Positions 63,171-64,000 of a DNA stretch of 64,000 nucleotides are shown here, in pieces. A program made the translations under genes and the position numbers. The notes beneath the pieces are model-generated. The model was not told where the DNA came from. It did not search any database and worked only from the letters and a program-made list of their open reading frames with translations. Position 1 is the stretch's first letter, and the number at the start of each line of letters is the position of its first letter. The stretch is from Raillietiella orientalis (taxonomy: Eukaryota). The stretch lies in assembly GCA_036172245.1 (NCBI GenBank), contig JAYWIR010000018.1, positions 3,472,001 to 3,536,000 on the forward strand, read 5' to 3'.

Positions 63171-64000
63171 ACGACCACAAGGCAGCTTTTTGTTTTTTCG
63201 CGTCGCTTCGCGTTTTCGCTCCGTTTCGCGACCTCTTTTACTTTTTTGCTCTTTTTCTTGGAATCGACAAGCTGCCAACCTGGCTCCTGGCCGTCGTCCT
63301 CGACTTTCTCGGCGTTTTCCGCTGGGGTCTCAGAGCTGGCCTTCGCTTTGGGTGCGGTGGTCGCGTCCTTAGTGGAGGCTCGCGCTGCTAACTTTTTCAA
63401 CTTTTTGGCTGCTCGCTTCTTGCTGTTTCTGGCAGACGCGACGCAGACTGCATTTTGGGGGCACACCTGACGGGCGTGCCCCGTGCATTTGCACTGTTGG
63501 CACTGCACATTCGAACACCCCTTCTTCAGGTGTTCCGAGGTGTTGCAGAAGCCACAGTACTTAGGCTTCCCCACGTACCACACATCAACCGGTTCCCCGG
63601 TGACCTGGAGTTTGTGGGACAACAGACCTCGCGGACGGTGACTCGCGCAGCCGCCAGGCCGCAGAGCAGTCCGTCGAATTCCAAGAAGGGAGTGGGCTTG
63701 GCCCACAGCGCGTGCTGTCGCAAATTTTCCTAATTCGCTGCGGATGGCCTCCGTCGTCATTCAAAACGTGATAACGGATAAGTGGACGATGACAGATCGG
63801 TCCTCCGTTACCGGGAGGAGCCTCCGATTTTCCATAGCAACGGGGATCCTAAGAAGTCTCTGAGATGCAGTTACCCCTTTGCAGATGATCCCTACAAACT
63901 GGCTTCGGATGGACATGACTCGAAGTTCCTCAGTTTTGACATCGGGAGAGCGCACCGCCTGCAAGAAGGCGCGCTCACTCTCTGGGGAATATAATTTTCC
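63171..64000 (-). mobile_element. Tx1-like LINE ORF1 (gag-like, two CCHC knuckles); starts beyond the window edge
   Basis: VWYVGKPKYCGFCNTSEHLKKGC...CQQCKCTGHARQVC, followed by a Lys-rich tail. The upstream in-frame segment is separated by one TGA. Confidence 0.9.

Noticed and set aside
1..64000. CRISPR arrays, operons, rRNA or prokaryotic defence systems
   Set aside because: No regularly spaced repeats or prokaryotic gene organisation; the sequence is spliceosomal eukaryotic DNA.

Overview
Eukaryotic genomic DNA, probably arthropod (inferred from the gene family). About 49 kb of the window is one intron-rich minus-strand gene for a presynaptic active-zone scaffold of the RIM/Piccolo/Fife family, most like insect Fife. 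I rebuilt its exons from splice sites and phase: start exon MITSFMKK (48618-48641), exon 2 (36788-36987), an 8-Cys zinc finger split by a ~9.6 kb GC-AG intron (27322-27478 + 16879-17680), a poorly resolved linker, a PDZ domain (7294-7653) and a C2A domain (5642-6316). The gene runs off the left edge, where a C2B domain would be expected. Intron sizes are bimodal (41-63 nt versus 9-12 kb). Upstream of the gene (~50.3-64 kb) is a dense cluster of decayed Tx1/L1-clade LINE fragments (CCHC ORF1, APE endonuclease, RT, C-terminal zinc finger), and more LINE relics lie in the introns. I found no tRNA, rRNA, CRISPR array or prokaryotic system, and no strong evidence of a wholly new system. The best leads are splicing and translation features of the Fife-like gene and the structure of the LINE cluster. 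All family assignments are by motif recognition, not database search.
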